Virus record (IMG/VR): IMGVR_UViG_3300010361_000020
Coordinates: 1-41,186 of that record
Strand: one strand, 5' to 3'
Length of the DNA stretch: 41,186 bases
DNA from: a virus
Lineage: Duplodnaviria > Caudoviricetes
Shown here: piece after piece, positions 16,833 through 26,766 of the stretch
Numbering within the stretch: position 1 is the first letter of the stretch
Layout: every line of letters starts with the position of its first letter
The notes under the pieces: generated by a model
The model's database searches: none
Seen by the model: only the letters and a program-made list of their open reading frames with translations
Told to the model about the DNA's origin: nothing
Position numbers and translations under genes: made by a program

Positions 16833-17288
16833 TCAGCCCTTGGCCGAGCCCTTCCGAGTGGCCGGCGCCGAGCCCTTCGCGGCCGCCTCCAGCTCGGCAA
16901 TCCGGGCCTTCAGCTTCTCGTTCTCGGTCGCCAGGTCGGGCGTGCCGGCGTTCTCCAGCTCCTTGACGCGAGCCTTCAGCCGGGCATTCTCCTCGGCCTG
17001 CGGGTCCGGAGCGGGATCGCTCGCCGCCACCAGCCGCCAGGAGAACCGCTCCCGGTCGCGGAGATACGCCTGGGCGTAGGCCGCGCGCTCCTCGGGCGTC
17101 GCGCCCTGGACCGGCGACGGCCCGCGCAGGTGCATCGCGACGCGCTCGTCCGGCGGCAGGGTGGCGACGTGCTCGACGCACTTCTCGCAGTCGATCGGCG
17201 CCCCGTCGAACTCGTGCGCCTGGCCGCAGCCGGCGTTGAACGTGAACGAGGTCGTGCCCTCGGGCGGGTGCAGCAGCAGCTTGCTCAT
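16833..17288 (-). CDS. Hypothetical protein with CxxC and C-terminal coiled coil, 151 aa
   Basis: MSKLLLHPPEG...; ENARLKARVKELE and ENEKLKARIAELE form an internal duplication. Confidence 0.7.
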   Translation of the reverse strand: MSKLLLHPPEGTTSFTFNAGCGQAHEFDGAPIDCEKCVEHVATLPPDERVAMHLRGPSPVQGATPEERAAYAQAYLRDRERFSWRLVAASDPAPDPQAEENARLKARVKELENAGTPDLATENEKLKARIAELEAAAKGSAPATRKGSAKG

Positions 17289-17578
17289 GAGGCGATCTCC
17301 AGGGGTGAGCCGGCGCCGCAGCGCGGGCAGATGTCGGGCCGGTCGGCCCAGGCGAAGCGGTGGAACCCGCAGGACCCGCACACGGCTCCCGGGATGGCCG
17401 TGTGCGAGAAGCCCGCGCTGGGCGGCGCCGCGCCGAGCGCGCGGACCATGCGCGGGTCGGCCAGGTGGTCTGGGACCTCGACGGCGCCGCCCAGCTCGCG
17501 GGGCCGCAGGGTCCGGCCGCCGACATCGAGGCCCGCGCAGCCGGGCGGCAGCTCGACGCGGTTGGTGCGGTGGGCCAT
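17285..17578 (-). CDS. Small Zn-ribbon protein
   Basis: CGSCG...CPRCG; AGGAGG RBS. Confidence 0.75.
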   Translation of the reverse strand: MAHRTNRVELPPGCAGLDVGGRTLRPRELGGAVEVPDHLADPRMVRALGAAPPSAGFSHTAIPGAVCGSCGFHRFAWADRPDICPRCGAGSPLEIAS

Positions 17579-17602
17579 CGCCCCTCCTATCGGCCCCGGC
17601 GG

Positions 17603-17628
17603 GGCGGGCTGGCCGAAGCCAGCCCGCC
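17603..17628 (-). terminator. Stem-loop after the major capsid gene (stabiliser or terminator without U-tract)
   Basis: 11-bp perfect stem with a C(UUCG)G tetraloop on the minus strand. Confidence 0.65.
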
Positions 17629-17650
17629 GCCGACATGGGCCAGTCGCTGG

Positions 17651-19330
17651 TTACTGGAGGCCGCCGCCCGCCGTGGTCCCGATGACCGGGTTCGACGAGT
17701 AGACGCCCTTGAGCCACCCGTTGAACGAAGGCGCGTAGCCCACGAGCGCACCGAACGCCAGCACGGACGTCCGGTAGTTCATGTCGATCACCGGCCAGTC
17801 GATCGCGAGGTAGTCCTGCGGGAGCTTGACCTCCCACACGTTCGGGACCTCGCTGTTCGGGAACGGCAGCGTGTAGCTGAACGCCACCATGTTCCCGGGC
17901 TTGAACCACGGGTGGACCCGGAGCGGGATCTCGCGGCCCGTGATCTTGTTGAGGACCGCGGTGACCACCACGCCGGCGGTGATGCCGCTCTGCTGGTCCT
18001 GGGTCCAGGCCACCCGGTAGCCGTTGGCCGCCGAGCCCGACTGGCTGAGCACCAGCTGGCTGTAGTCCTGCCGCACACCGGCCGCCGCCCACAGCTCCTC
18101 GGGGTCCGCCTTGACGGTGTTGTAGAGCGGGAAGAGCAGGGCGTCGATGTCGTTGAGCGCGATGGCCCGGTTAATCACGTTGATCTGGCCGGAGCCAGTC
18201 TCCATCTGGCGGAAGTAGCCCAGGTAGGCGTTCGCGCTCGCCGTGGTGTCGGCGGTGACGGTGTTGGCCGCCGTGCCCGAGGTGGGGACCGGCCCCATCA
18301 GGAAGAACGTCGGCGCGCCCGAGGTGACCATGAGCCACCGCGAGGCGTCGCCGGGGTCGGCCGCGCCGGTCGAGACGTAGGCGTTGTACGCCTCGGCGCC
18401 CGTCAACGCGGTCACGTTGACGGTCACGACGTTGCCGTTCGAGGTCGCCTGGGTCGAGGCCGCCGAGAGGGTCGTCTCGCCCATCATCGTGATGGCGGAC
18501 ACCTTGACGAACACGTTGGTCGTGACGCCCGAGAGACCGGTCTGCCCGGTCGTGGGCGCCTGGGACGTGGTGCCCGAGACGGATGGCGCGCCGAGGCCCG
18601 TGGTTCGCCCGGAGCCCAGGCCGCGCTCCTCCGAGAGCATCAGCGACTGGAGCACGGACAGGCTCACGAGCTGCCGGATGTCCTCGAACCCGCGACCGGC
18701 GAACTGGCCGATCATCGAGTTGGAGCCCGACAGGCCGATCGGGACGTACTTGGTCTGCACGTCCGAGGCCGCGAACTGTATCTCCGGCGGGAGGTTCAGC
18801 GTCAGGCCGCCGACCGAGTTGCTGGGCAGCTCGGCGAGGAAGTGATTGACCGGGGGCAGCGAGCCGCCGGAGCCGGAGATGGCGGTGATCTGCTTCCAGT
18901 TCACCGCGCCGCCGCGGCCCTCGACCCGCGGGAAGCGGTTCCGGATCGGCGAATAGACCGGGAAGATCTTCTTCGACGGCGCCTGCAGGTCGTACACCGC
19001 GAAGCCGTACACGGTGTTCGAGCCCGAGATCGGGTAGGTGCTCGTGACCTCGGTCTTCATGAGGTCGGCGAGCATCTTCTGGAGGTCGGCGCCCTGCTGG
19101 GCCAGGCCCGCCTGCGCGGCGGCCCACATGGCGATCCCGCCGACTTCCGGCGCGACGTTCTTCGCGAAGCTCGAGCGGGACTGCCGGAGCTCGGTCAGCA
19201 GCTCCTTGGAGAGCTCGGCCAGCTCGGTCGGCGCCAGCGGCGTGTCGTAGCGGCCGGAGATGTAGCGATGGGGCATCGCGGGGACGCCGCTCAGGAGATC
19301 GGCGGCCGCCTTGCCCAGGTCGGTGTACAT
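17651..19330 (-). CDS. Major capsid protein with internal Ig-like insertion, 559 aa
   Basis: YDLQAPSKKIFPVYSPIRNRFPR, VHPWF, ALVGYAPSFNG motifs; Thr-rich insertion; follows the protease. Confidence 0.85.
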   Translation of the reverse strand: MYTDLGKAAADLLSGVPAMPHRYISGRYDTPLAPTELAELSKELLTELRQSRSSFAKNVAPEVGGIAMWAAAQAGLAQQGADLQKMLADLMKTEVTSTYPISGSNTVYGFAVYDLQAPSKKIFPVYSPIRNRFPRVEGRGGAVNWKQITAISGSGGSLPPVNHFLAELPSNSVGGLTLNLPPEIQFAASDVQTKYVPIGLSGSNSMIGQFAGRGFEDIRQLVSLSVLQSLMLSEERGLGSGRTTGLGAPSVSGTTSQAPTTGQTGLSGVTTNVFVKVSAITMMGETTLSAASTQATSNGNVVTVNVTALTGAEAYNAYVSTGAADPGDASRWLMVTSGAPTFFLMGPVPTSGTAANTVTADTTASANAYLGYFRQMETGSGQINVINRAIALNDIDALLFPLYNTVKADPEELWAAAGVRQDYSQLVLSQSGSAANGYRVAWTQDQQSGITAGVVVTAVLNKITGREIPLRVHPWFKPGNMVAFSYTLPFPNSEVPNVWEVKLPQDYLAIDWPVIDMNYRTSVLAFGALVGYAPSFNGWLKGVYSSNPVIGTTAGGGLQ

Positions 19331-19353
19331 GGGGGAGCGGGTTCCTTCGGGCG

Positions 19354-21762
19354 TCAGCCCGTCAGGCCGTGCTTCTCCGCGAGGTTCTTGAGCTGCTGCC
19401 GCGCGCCCGCCGCCACCTGGAGATCGGTGGACTTGGCGAGCTCGTTGTACAGCTGCACCTCGGTCAGGAGCTCGGCGCTGAGGCTGCGCTCCATGGTGTC
19501 GTTGACGGTGATCGTCTTGTCCGTCGGGCGCACCAGCTGCGGCCCGCCCGGATGCGGCAGGCGGCCGAGAGCGCTCACGCTCTTGCTCAGTTCGCCGAGC
19601 CGCTGACTGTCCGCCGCCGACGCCTTCCGCAGCCGCCGCTCGCCGCGCTTCACCCGCTTCGCCAGCCTGTCGGTGGCCTCGGTCAGGTCCTTCCGCGTCT
19701 GCTCGTAGGCTGCCCTGGTCAGGTCGGCCAGCAGCAGGGATGAGTCGATGTTCCGGTCGCCGTTCTCGGCGGGTCGCGCCGCGGCGGCCGTGACCGCCTT
19801 GGTCAGCGCGTCGATCTGCGCCGCGAGCGGGGACTGGTCGGGCGCTGGCTGCTGGGCAAGCAGCTTACGTAGCCGCTTCGCGAACCGCTTCTCGACCTTG
19901 CCGATGACCTCGTTGCTGATGTCGGCGCCGCCCTGCTGCGCGATGATGTTCGCGCGGTCCTGGAGCGCCTTGCGGATCTCGTCGCCGAGGCCCTTGACCT
20001 CCGCGCTCAGAGCCTTGTCCACCTTGGCCTTGCCCTTCTTCGCGGCCGGCTGCCCCACCGTGTTCGTGATCGCGACCGGCTGGGGCTGCACGCCCTTGCG
20101 GAGCTCGGCGAGCTCGGCCTTGGCCTTCGCCAGCTTCCGCTCGGCGTTCGCACCCTTGCTGGGCGCGTCCTGGCCGCGGGCGGGCGTGCCGGTCGGGGCC
20201 TCCTGCGTTTCGGTGGCGCGGCCGGGCTTGCCCTTGCCGCCGGGCGTCTCGCCCTTGCCCTGGTCGCCCGGTCCCTGGCCGGGAGCATCGCCCGCCGGCG
20301 GCCAGGTGTGCGTACCGGCCTCACCCTGCGCGCGGCCGTCGCGCTGCCCGTCCGGCTGCCGGATGGCCGGGTCGCCGTCCTGCGTCAGCGACGGGTCCCA
20401 GGCCATGTTGCCGTCGTCGGGCACACCGTCCTCGGGCGCGGTGCCGGGGCCGCCCGGCTGATCGCCGGAGGCCGGCGCGTCCTCGCCGGTCAGCGTGTTG
20501 TCGCGCTGGTCCTTGTCGGCGTCGAAGGCGGCCGCGCCCTCCATGAACAACCCGAGGGTCTGGTGCAGGTTCTGCATGGCCTGCTCGACATCGGCGCGGT
20601 TCTGCTGGGTATAGAACATCCGGCGCTTCACCAGGTCGGGCTCGGCGCTGGCCCTGTTCAGCGCGGCGAGGGTGCGGAACGAGCGCACCTCGATCGAGAC
20701 GCTCGGCTCGCGAGTCCAGGCATCGACGGCGGCGGCCAGCTTGCCCAGGAAGGCGCGGTGCTCGGTGTCCGTCTCGCCCTGCTCGAGCGCGCGGACGCCG
20801 GCCAGGATCGCCGCCGGGCCCGCGGCCTTGGACATCGTGCAGTCCGCGCAGCAGTCGCCTTGGCAGTCGGGCCCGCAGTCGTCGCAGCAGGTGCAGTTGA
20901 CCATGCTCTGCTTCGCGAGAAAGGCCGTGACCGACTTCCAGTCATCGGGGATGAGGTCGGTCGCGCCCAGCCGGCGGGCCTCGGAGATGATGTGCCGGCG
21001 CAGCTTCGCCCGGTCCTCGGGGTTGGCGCGACCGTAGGACTTGATCGCGTTCTGCAGGTCCTTGCGGTTCGCGATCGCGTACGACGGGTGGTCCTGGCCG
21101 GTGTCGATGGCGTGGCCCTGGGCGCCCAGCCGATCGCGCTCGGCGGCCGAGATGTCGCGCTTGGCGATGTCGGCCAGCATGCCCTTCAGGACGGCGGCGG
21201 GGCTGGCGTCGCCGGCCTGGACGATCGTGACGCCGCCGTACTCGAGGTCGCCGAGCTGCTTGGTGACCTGGAGCCCGCGCTTCCCCGCCGACTTGACCAG
21301 CGAGACGAAGCAGTCCGGGTTGGCCGGGCTGTCCACGTAGCTGACCTCGACGATCTTCCCGCTCTCGATCCACTCGACGCCGTCCGTGCCCTTGCGGACC
21401 CGGATCGGGTTCCCCGGCACGCTCTTGGCGCCCCACGAGTAGCCCGTCAGGATCTTCTCGTCGAGCTTCAGGATGGTGTCCGAGTCGACGGCCTTGCTCA
21501 CGACCGTGGCTGTGCGCGCCTCGTCGTCGAACTCCAGCGTGAGCGCCTTGCCCACGCCACCCGGGGTGTGGTCCTGGCGCATGTTGCCGACCTTGAACCA
21601 GTCCGCGAGCTGCGCCTTCAGCCAGTCGTACGAGGCCCGCTGGCCGTCGTAGTCCAGCCGATCCGAGGCCGCCACGCCGGTCACGATCCGCGAGCGCCCG
21701 CCGTCGGCCTTCTCGATCTTGGTGATGGGCACGTAGACGACGGCCCGCTGGAGGTCGGTCAT
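19354..21762 (-). CDS. Prohead protease-scaffold fusion, 802 aa
   Basis: N-terminal HK97-type protease (RIVTGVAAS..LDYDGQ, MRQDH, LTGYSWG, EVSYVDSPANP), then a helical domain, a Cys cluster, a disordered segment and coiled coils. Confidence 0.85.
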   Translation of the reverse strand: MTDLQRAVVYVPITKIEKADGGRSRIVTGVAASDRLDYDGQRASYDWLKAQLADWFKVGNMRQDHTPGGVGKALTLEFDDEARTATVVSKAVDSDTILKLDEKILTGYSWGAKSVPGNPIRVRKGTDGVEWIESGKIVEVSYVDSPANPDCFVSLVKSAGKRGLQVTKQLGDLEYGGVTIVQAGDASPAAVLKGMLADIAKRDISAAERDRLGAQGHAIDTGQDHPSYAIANRKDLQNAIKSYGRANPEDRAKLRRHIISEARRLGATDLIPDDWKSVTAFLAKQSMVNCTCCDDCGPDCQGDCCADCTMSKAAGPAAILAGVRALEQGETDTEHRAFLGKLAAAVDAWTREPSVSIEVRSFRTLAALNRASAEPDLVKRRMFYTQQNRADVEQAMQNLHQTLGLFMEGAAAFDADKDQRDNTLTGEDAPASGDQPGGPGTAPEDGVPDDGNMAWDPSLTQDGDPAIRQPDGQRDGRAQGEAGTHTWPPAGDAPGQGPGDQGKGETPGGKGKPGRATETQEAPTGTPARGQDAPSKGANAERKLAKAKAELAELRKGVQPQPVAITNTVGQPAAKKGKAKVDKALSAEVKGLGDEIRKALQDRANIIAQQGGADISNEVIGKVEKRFAKRLRKLLAQQPAPDQSPLAAQIDALTKAVTAAAARPAENGDRNIDSSLLLADLTRAAYEQTRKDLTEATDRLAKRVKRGERRLRKASAADSQRLGELSKSVSALGRLPHPGGPQLVRPTDKTITVNDTMERSLSAELLTEVQLYNELAKSTDLQVAAGARQQLKNLAEKHGLTG

Positions 21763-21778
21763 GGCTTCGCTCCGGTGC

Positions 21779-22288
21779 TCAGGTGCGGACGATGGCGATG
21801 CGGTAGCTGCCCGCGATCGGGGTGTTGGCGGCGGCCGTGGCGTTGAAGAACGTCAGGGCCAGCGTGTTCGCGGCCGAGACGCGGGCGCGGACCATGTCGG
21901 CGTTGGTGGCCGGCGAGGCGGGCGGGTTCACGACCACGACGTCGCCTACCTGTAGCCCGGTAACGGTGAACGTCTGCTCCTGGTACCCGACCGACGCCGC
22001 GAGCGCTGCCGGCGTCAGGTTCACCAGGAACGTCCCGACCGGGTTCTGGCCGGGCTGGAACCCCTGGTTCTGGCCGGTGAACGGGCCCGTCGACGCGGGC
22101 CCGGTCTGGACCTGGTACTGAGGCCCCAGTGGTACTCCGGCGACGCTGAAGTTGCCCTGTGAGTCGGACGCGGCGCCGGCCGTGTACGTCGTGCCGTCGA
22201 GGTCGCTCACCAGCCGCACCCAGACCGCGTTGAACGGCGCGCCCGGCGCGATGAGCTGCAGGTTGGCGTTGACCGTGATGAGCGCCAT
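21779..22288 (-). CDS. Putative virion decoration protein
   Basis: TVTGLQVGDVVVV...ARVSAANTLALTFFN resembles Dec-like capsid decoration domains. Confidence 0.5.
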   Translation of the reverse strand: MALITVNANLQLIAPGAPFNAVWVRLVSDLDGTTYTAGAASDSQGNFSVAGVPLGPQYQVQTGPASTGPFTGQNQGFQPGQNPVGTFLVNLTPAALAASVGYQEQTFTVTGLQVGDVVVVNPPASPATNADMVRARVSAANTLALTFFNATAAANTPIAGSYRIAIVRT

Positions 22289-22654
22289 CTACGGCAGGAC
22301 CGGATCCAGTACGAGGAGCACGTGGTACACGGCGGTACCAGTACCCGCGCCGATGGCGTTGACGCTGACCGAGCCGTTGGCGCCGATCTGGACGCGCCCG
22401 ATCTCCTCCAGCGGCGTCGGCGTGTTCGCCACCTCGACGAGCGGGAGCTGCGAGCTGTTCTGCTGGCCGCCCGCGGTCGACGGGACCTGCAGGCGCAGGT
22501 TGTCGGTGTCCGCCGCGGCGACAGTGCCGCTCAGGTAGGCCGACACCTCGACGTGGTACACGCCGGCCGGGACGTTCGGGATGGTGACGATGGCCGCGCC
22601 GCCGGCCGGGCCGGTGACCGCGCCGAATGCAAAGAGGGAACCTCCGAGGGCCAT
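22289..22654 (-). CDS. Beta-rich hypothetical (possible virion) protein
   Basis: GGAG RBS; abuts the next gene. Confidence 0.65.
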   Translation of the reverse strand: MALGGSLFAFGAVTGPAGGAAIVTIPNVPAGVYHVEVSAYLSGTVAAADTDNLRLQVPSTAGGQQNSSQLPLVEVANTPTPLEEIGRVQIGANGSVSVNAIGAGTGTAVYHVLLVLDPVLP

Positions 22655-22675
22655 GGCGTACTCCGGGTGGGCGGC

Positions 22676-24706
22676 CTACGCCGCGTATGTCAGGAAGTCG
22701 GCGAAGGCGGCGCGGATCTGGTCGGGCGTGGTGGCCGCGATCAGCCGCTCCCGCAGGGCCACCGCCAGGTCGGTCGGCACCTCGTGCCCGGCCGGCGGGT
22801 CGAGCGCCTGACGACCGGCCTTGAGCCGGCGCAGCGCCTGCGCCTGCCACAGCCCGAGCGTCTTGGCCGTCTGAGACGCCCGTCCTGGCGCCGGCGGGCC
22901 GGCGGCGGCTCCGGCATCAGCCTGGCTGGTTCCCGGGCCGCGCGGCTGAGCGTGGCCCGCAGGCGGTGCTGGTTGGCCGGGCATGGCCGGCTGCGGTGGC
23001 TGGAGCGGGACGCCAGGCGCGGCGGGCTCGACCATCGACGTGCTCATGGCGTCCACGTCACTGAGCAGCAGGGCGCCGTTGCGGAGGATCAGCATCGGCT
23101 TGGAGCCCATGCCCTTCTCGTACGGGTCGAGCCCGCGGTCCTGCCGGCACTCGATCTGCGTCTTGATGCCGGAGCGGACCAGGATCTCGTCCTCCTGCGC
23201 GTGCTTGAGGGCGTCCTCGGCCTCCTCGTACATGAAGATCGTGACGAGGTCCGGACGGCGGAAGTGGCGCTCGTTGATGCGCCGGGCCAGCTTCTCGACC
23301 CAGTTCGTGACAGGCTTCAGCGACTTCCGGTAGGTGACGTTCTCCTGCGCCGCCGAGTACCCGCCGCCGCCGAGGCCCGAGCGCGGCTGGAGCCCGATCT
23401 CGTCCGGCGTCACGTCCAGGCCGAGGCAGGTGAGCCGGGCCAGCCACTCGTCGAACGCCGTGATCCCGGCGTCGGTCCCGATCATGGGCTTCAACTGCGA
23501 GAAGCCCGTCGACCCGGGGATCGCCTTGACCCGGTGCTTCCACGCCTGCTCGGTTGAGAGCAGCGCGTTCCAGGTCTCCTCGTACTCGCGGATGTCGCTG
23601 GGGTTCCAGTCCTCGGGGAGGTGCAGGAGCCCGGCCGGGATCGTGCCGTCGGTGAAGTACCCCGTCCACCACTGCTGGCGCTTCAGGGCCAGGTTGACCG
23701 TCAGGATGATCTGCTCGATGTTCGGGAAGCCGTAGAGCGAGTCGTCCTGGGGGTTGTAGACCGGGTAGTACAGCTGCGGGTTCTGGTACAGGTCGGCCTG
23801 GTCGTTGGGCACGCTCCAGGTCGTGACGCCGTCGGCGGGCAGGGCTGACACCGGCCGCGTGGTCGCGTCGAGCAGCTCCTGCTGGAGCTCGACGCGAGGG
23901 ATGCCCCACAAGAACTGCTGGTAGGCCGGGTTGGGCGGCTGCGGCGGCGCGCCGCGGACGTCGATCAGCGGCTTGATCGTGTCGCCGGCCAGGATCTCCA
24001 GCGCGTACAGGTCCGAGCCCAGGCGGCCCCGGCCCGGCTGCCAGGTCGGGTGCGGAAAGATCGTCGGCGCGTCGATGACCAGGATGTTCTCGACGAGCAG
24101 CTTCAGCCAGTCGTCGAAGCCGAACTGCCGGATGGGGTCTGGGGCATCCCAGAACGCGGTCAGCTCTTTGATCGCCTGGTCGTCCGCGCTCAGCTCTTGG
24201 GTCGCGATCGTCCGCCCGTTCGCCGCCGCCCGGCTCCGGGCCCGCGCCTGCTGCTTCTGAGCCTTGGCCTGGTCGGGGTCCTTGAACGTGACCTCCCAGT
24301 CCATCGTGGCGATCTCCTGCTTGCGCACCTCGATGCAGCGGCGGGAGACGTCGTGGATACGAGCCAGGGACCGCAGGGTGCCAAAGTCGATCAGCTTGTA
24401 CGAGCCGGGCCCGGACGGCAGGTTGTAGCCGACCGGGTACTGGCTCCGGCGCGGCAACAGCATCCCGCCGCGAAGCACGTCCATCGGCGTCGGCTGGGCG
24501 GGCACGGAGGGACCGAACGAGCCCATGAACTGGTCGGGCTGGCGCTGCATCACCATCGCGTCGGCGGTCGTCTGCGGCCAGCCCTGCTCGCTCAGGCGCT
24601 GGGCCATCGCGCTCAAGTCGCGGGCGCCGCCGGCAGCCTGGCGCGGCGTCGGCATCGACGCCATGGCCCGGCGGTACTGAGCGGCGAGGGCGGCTGTTCT
24701 ATCCAC
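22676..24706 (-). CDS. Portal protein
   Basis: RRCIEVRKQEI, TIKPLID.RG..PQPPNPAYQQ, YGFPNIEQ, YFTDGTIPAG, GVTPDEIG-like motif; synteny. Confidence 0.9.
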   Translation of the reverse strand: MDRTAALAAQYRRAMASMPTPRQAAGGARDLSAMAQRLSEQGWPQTTADAMVMQRQPDQFMGSFGPSVPAQPTPMDVLRGGMLLPRRSQYPVGYNLPSGPGSYKLIDFGTLRSLARIHDVSRRCIEVRKQEIATMDWEVTFKDPDQAKAQKQQARARSRAAANGRTIATQELSADDQAIKELTAFWDAPDPIRQFGFDDWLKLLVENILVIDAPTIFPHPTWQPGRGRLGSDLYALEILAGDTIKPLIDVRGAPPQPPNPAYQQFLWGIPRVELQQELLDATTRPVSALPADGVTTWSVPNDQADLYQNPQLYYPVYNPQDDSLYGFPNIEQIILTVNLALKRQQWWTGYFTDGTIPAGLLHLPEDWNPSDIREYEETWNALLSTEQAWKHRVKAIPGSTGFSQLKPMIGTDAGITAFDEWLARLTCLGLDVTPDEIGLQPRSGLGGGGYSAAQENVTYRKSLKPVTNWVEKLARRINERHFRRPDLVTIFMYEEAEDALKHAQEDEILVRSGIKTQIECRQDRGLDPYEKGMGSKPMLILRNGALLLSDVDAMSTSMVEPAAPGVPLQPPQPAMPGQPAPPAGHAQPRGPGTSQADAGAAAGPPAPGRASQTAKTLGLWQAQALRRLKAGRQALDPPAGHEVPTDLAVALRERLIAATTPDQIRAAFADFLTYAA

Positions 24707-24911
24707 GCCCCGGCCTCGCCTCCTCGAACGCGCCCATCTCGTCCAGCACCTCGGACATCGCGCAGGCCACCCGCGACGCCGCGACGTGCAGCTCAGCGGC
24801 GGCTTCGGCGAGCGTCACCAGCGAGCCCAGCGCGGCCGACAGGTGCAGGCGCTGCTGCTCACGGCTGCGCGGCTTCCGCCTCGGGAGCTTGACCACCTTC
24901 GTCTTCGGCAT
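24699..24911 (-). CDS. Hypothetical protein, 70 aa
   Basis: AGGAGGAG RBS; overlaps the portal start. Confidence 0.55.
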   Translation of the reverse strand: MPKTKVVKLPRRKPRSREQQRLHLSAALGSLVTLAEAAAELHVAASRVACAMSEVLDEMGAFEEARPGRG

Positions 24912-25113
24912 CCGGCTCCTCCTGGGCGGCCACGATCGCGTCGAACAGGTGCGGGCGGGCGTAGAACTCTCGGCGGACCGTGCGGGTCACCAGGCGGCGC
25001 GTGCGGCCGGTCGGCGCCCATTCCTCGCGGATCTCCTCGGACCGGATGAACGGGCACGTCGTCAGATGCGGGTGCTGCAGGCCGCAGACGCCGCAGGGCG
25101 GGACGTCAGTCAC
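24859..25113 (-). CDS. Hypothetical CxxC protein, 84 aa
   Basis: CGVCGLQHPHLTTCP; coupled to the upstream ORF. Confidence 0.55.
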   Translation of the reverse strand: MTDVPPCGVCGLQHPHLTTCPFIRSEEIREEWAPTGRTRRLVTRTVRREFYARPHLFDAIVAAQEEPDAEDEGGQAPEAEAAQP

Positions 25114-25297
25114 CGCCGTCCTCTTCGCGTGGCGCCAGCCAGCCCAGCTTCTCGAACTCCGCACGGTGGGTGGGGCAGAGGTCGGTCAGCGCCTTCGTGC
25201 GCGGCTCCTCCAGGTGGCGCAGGTTGTCCGTGCGCGTGGCCTGGACCTCCTCGCGGTACGCGGGCGGGTGCGGGCAGCCGGGGACGGAACAGGTCAT
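25106..25297 (-). CDS. Hypothetical Cys/His protein, 63 aa
   Basis: MTCSVPGC...DLCPTH; ATGA overlap with the TerL stop. Confidence 0.6.
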   Translation of the reverse strand: MTCSVPGCPHPPAYREEVQATRTDNLRHLEEPRTKALTDLCPTHRAEFEKLGWLAPREEDGGD

Positions 25298-26766
25298 GAC
25301 GCCCTCCGCTTCAGCCGCGCGGCCTCCTCGCGGGCGTAGTCGAGCGCCTTGTTCGTCCGGCCCGCGTAGAAGGCCAGCAGCAGCGCGTCGGCGTCGTCCG
25401 GCGACCGGCCGATGCGCTTCTTGGTCTCTTCCTTGGGCTCGACGACCGTCCTGCCGGCGCTGTCGATCGTGTACTTCGGCGCGATGAGCTGAGCGATCAC
25501 CTTGTCGTCCACGCCGGTCAGGTCCCAGCCGCCCGACCGAGACAGCTCGCGGCCCACCTCCCACCAGATCTGCGAGCGCAGACGCGGGAACTTCTTCGGG
25601 TTGTCGGCGGCCTCGCCGACGTTGACCGGGATGATCTCGGCGCGGTGCTCATGCTCGCCCTTCGGTCCGAGCTCGCGCAGCCGCCCGGCCACGCCCCAAC
25701 CGATGCCCACCACGTCGACCTTGACCCGCGTGGCACCCGTCTCGTTGATCGCCTTGACCGTCAGGCCCACCACGCGCATCGGGTCGGGCGTCTGGTCGCG
25801 CCACACCCGCCCGGCCACCGCGCCGCGGCGCTCGCGGATGACGGTGCGGTCACCGCCGGCACCGACGTCCAGGCCAAGCTCGACCAGTTCGCCGGGCTCG
25901 TGCTGGCTGCGCTGGCACCGGCGAGCCCAGGAGAGCGGCACTACCCCGTCGTCGCTCTCGTCGGGGAACTGGCCCCGCACCTTCGAGGTGTACATCGGGG
26001 AGTCCTCGCCGTACTCGTCCCGCATCTCCTGCTCGTAGACCTGGCCCACCAGGTGGACGCGCAGTTCCTGGGGCACGAGCTCGCCCGTGAAGTTGGGCGT
26101 GTCGAAGGCGTCGATGCCGATGACGTTCCAGTCCGTGCCGACCGCGCAGACCGTGGCGAAGTGCGAGCCGGGGTCGTCGGGGTTGCCGATCGCCAGGACC
26201 CGGCTGTCCTCGTTGCCGGCCAGCGAGTGCGCCGCCGTCCAGAGCGAGTGCGGCATCCCGCACGCCTCGTCCAGGATCACCAGCATGTAGCGCTCGTGCC
26301 AGCCCTGGAAGGCCGTCGGGTTGTACTCGTTGGGTTTGCGGCCGATCGCCACCTGGTCGCCGCCGATCCACCACTCGGTCTGCGTCACCCTCCCCGCCAG
26401 GTGGCCGCGGCCGTGCATGCGGCGGATCTCCTGCCACAGAATGCCCTTGACCTGGTCAGCCGTCGGCGCCGAGGTGACCACACGGGCCTGGCCGGGCGGG
26501 TGAACGTCCAGCCACCAGCAGGCGCAGGCGGCCGCAAGGTACGACTTGCCGGCCAGGTGGCAGGAGTGGATCGCCGTGCGGCGGTGATCGCGGACCGACT
26601 CGATGCCGACCCGCTGACGTGACCAGAGGTGACCGTCCAGGCGGTGGCGGACCCACAGGACAGGGTCGGCGGCGTACGGGCTCAGCCGGTCGTCGAGGAT
26701 GTCGGCGGCGTGCCGGAACGGGTCAGGCCGCGCTGACGACCCGGAGGTGTCGAGAGGCAACGCCAC
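25294..26766 (-). CDS. terL: Terminase large subunit
   Basis: Walker A SCHLAGKS, Walker B LVILDEA, IGNP, nuclease LGLDVG and SPDDADA. Confidence 0.93.
   Translation of the reverse strand: MALPLDTSGSSARPDPFRHAADILDDRLSPYAADPVLWVRHRLDGHLWSRQRVGIESVRDHRRTAIHSCHLAGKSYLAAACACWWLDVHPPGQARVVTSAPTADQVKGILWQEIRRMHGRGHLAGRVTQTEWWIGGDQVAIGRKPNEYNPTAFQGWHERYMLVILDEACGMPHSLWTAAHSLAGNEDSRVLAIGNPDDPGSHFATVCAVGTDWNVIGIDAFDTPNFTGELVPQELRVHLVGQVYEQEMRDEYGEDSPMYTSKVRGQFPDESDDGVVPLSWARRCQRSQHEPGELVELGLDVGAGGDRTVIRERRGAVAGRVWRDQTPDPMRVVGLTVKAINETGATRVKVDVVGIGWGVAGRLRELGPKGEHEHRAEIIPVNVGEAADNPKKFPRLRSQIWWEVGRELSRSGGWDLTGVDDKVIAQLIAPKYTIDSAGRTVVEPKEETKKRIGRSPDDADALLLAFYAGRTNKALDYAREEAARLKRRAS

Noticed and set aside
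14746-19606. Very long alternative or antisense ORFs (14746-17526, 15924-17702, 17360-19606, and similar ones across the window)
   Set aside because: Expected stop-poor shadow frames in high-GC DNA. They overlap genes with clear motifs and have Arg/Pro/Ala-biased translations.
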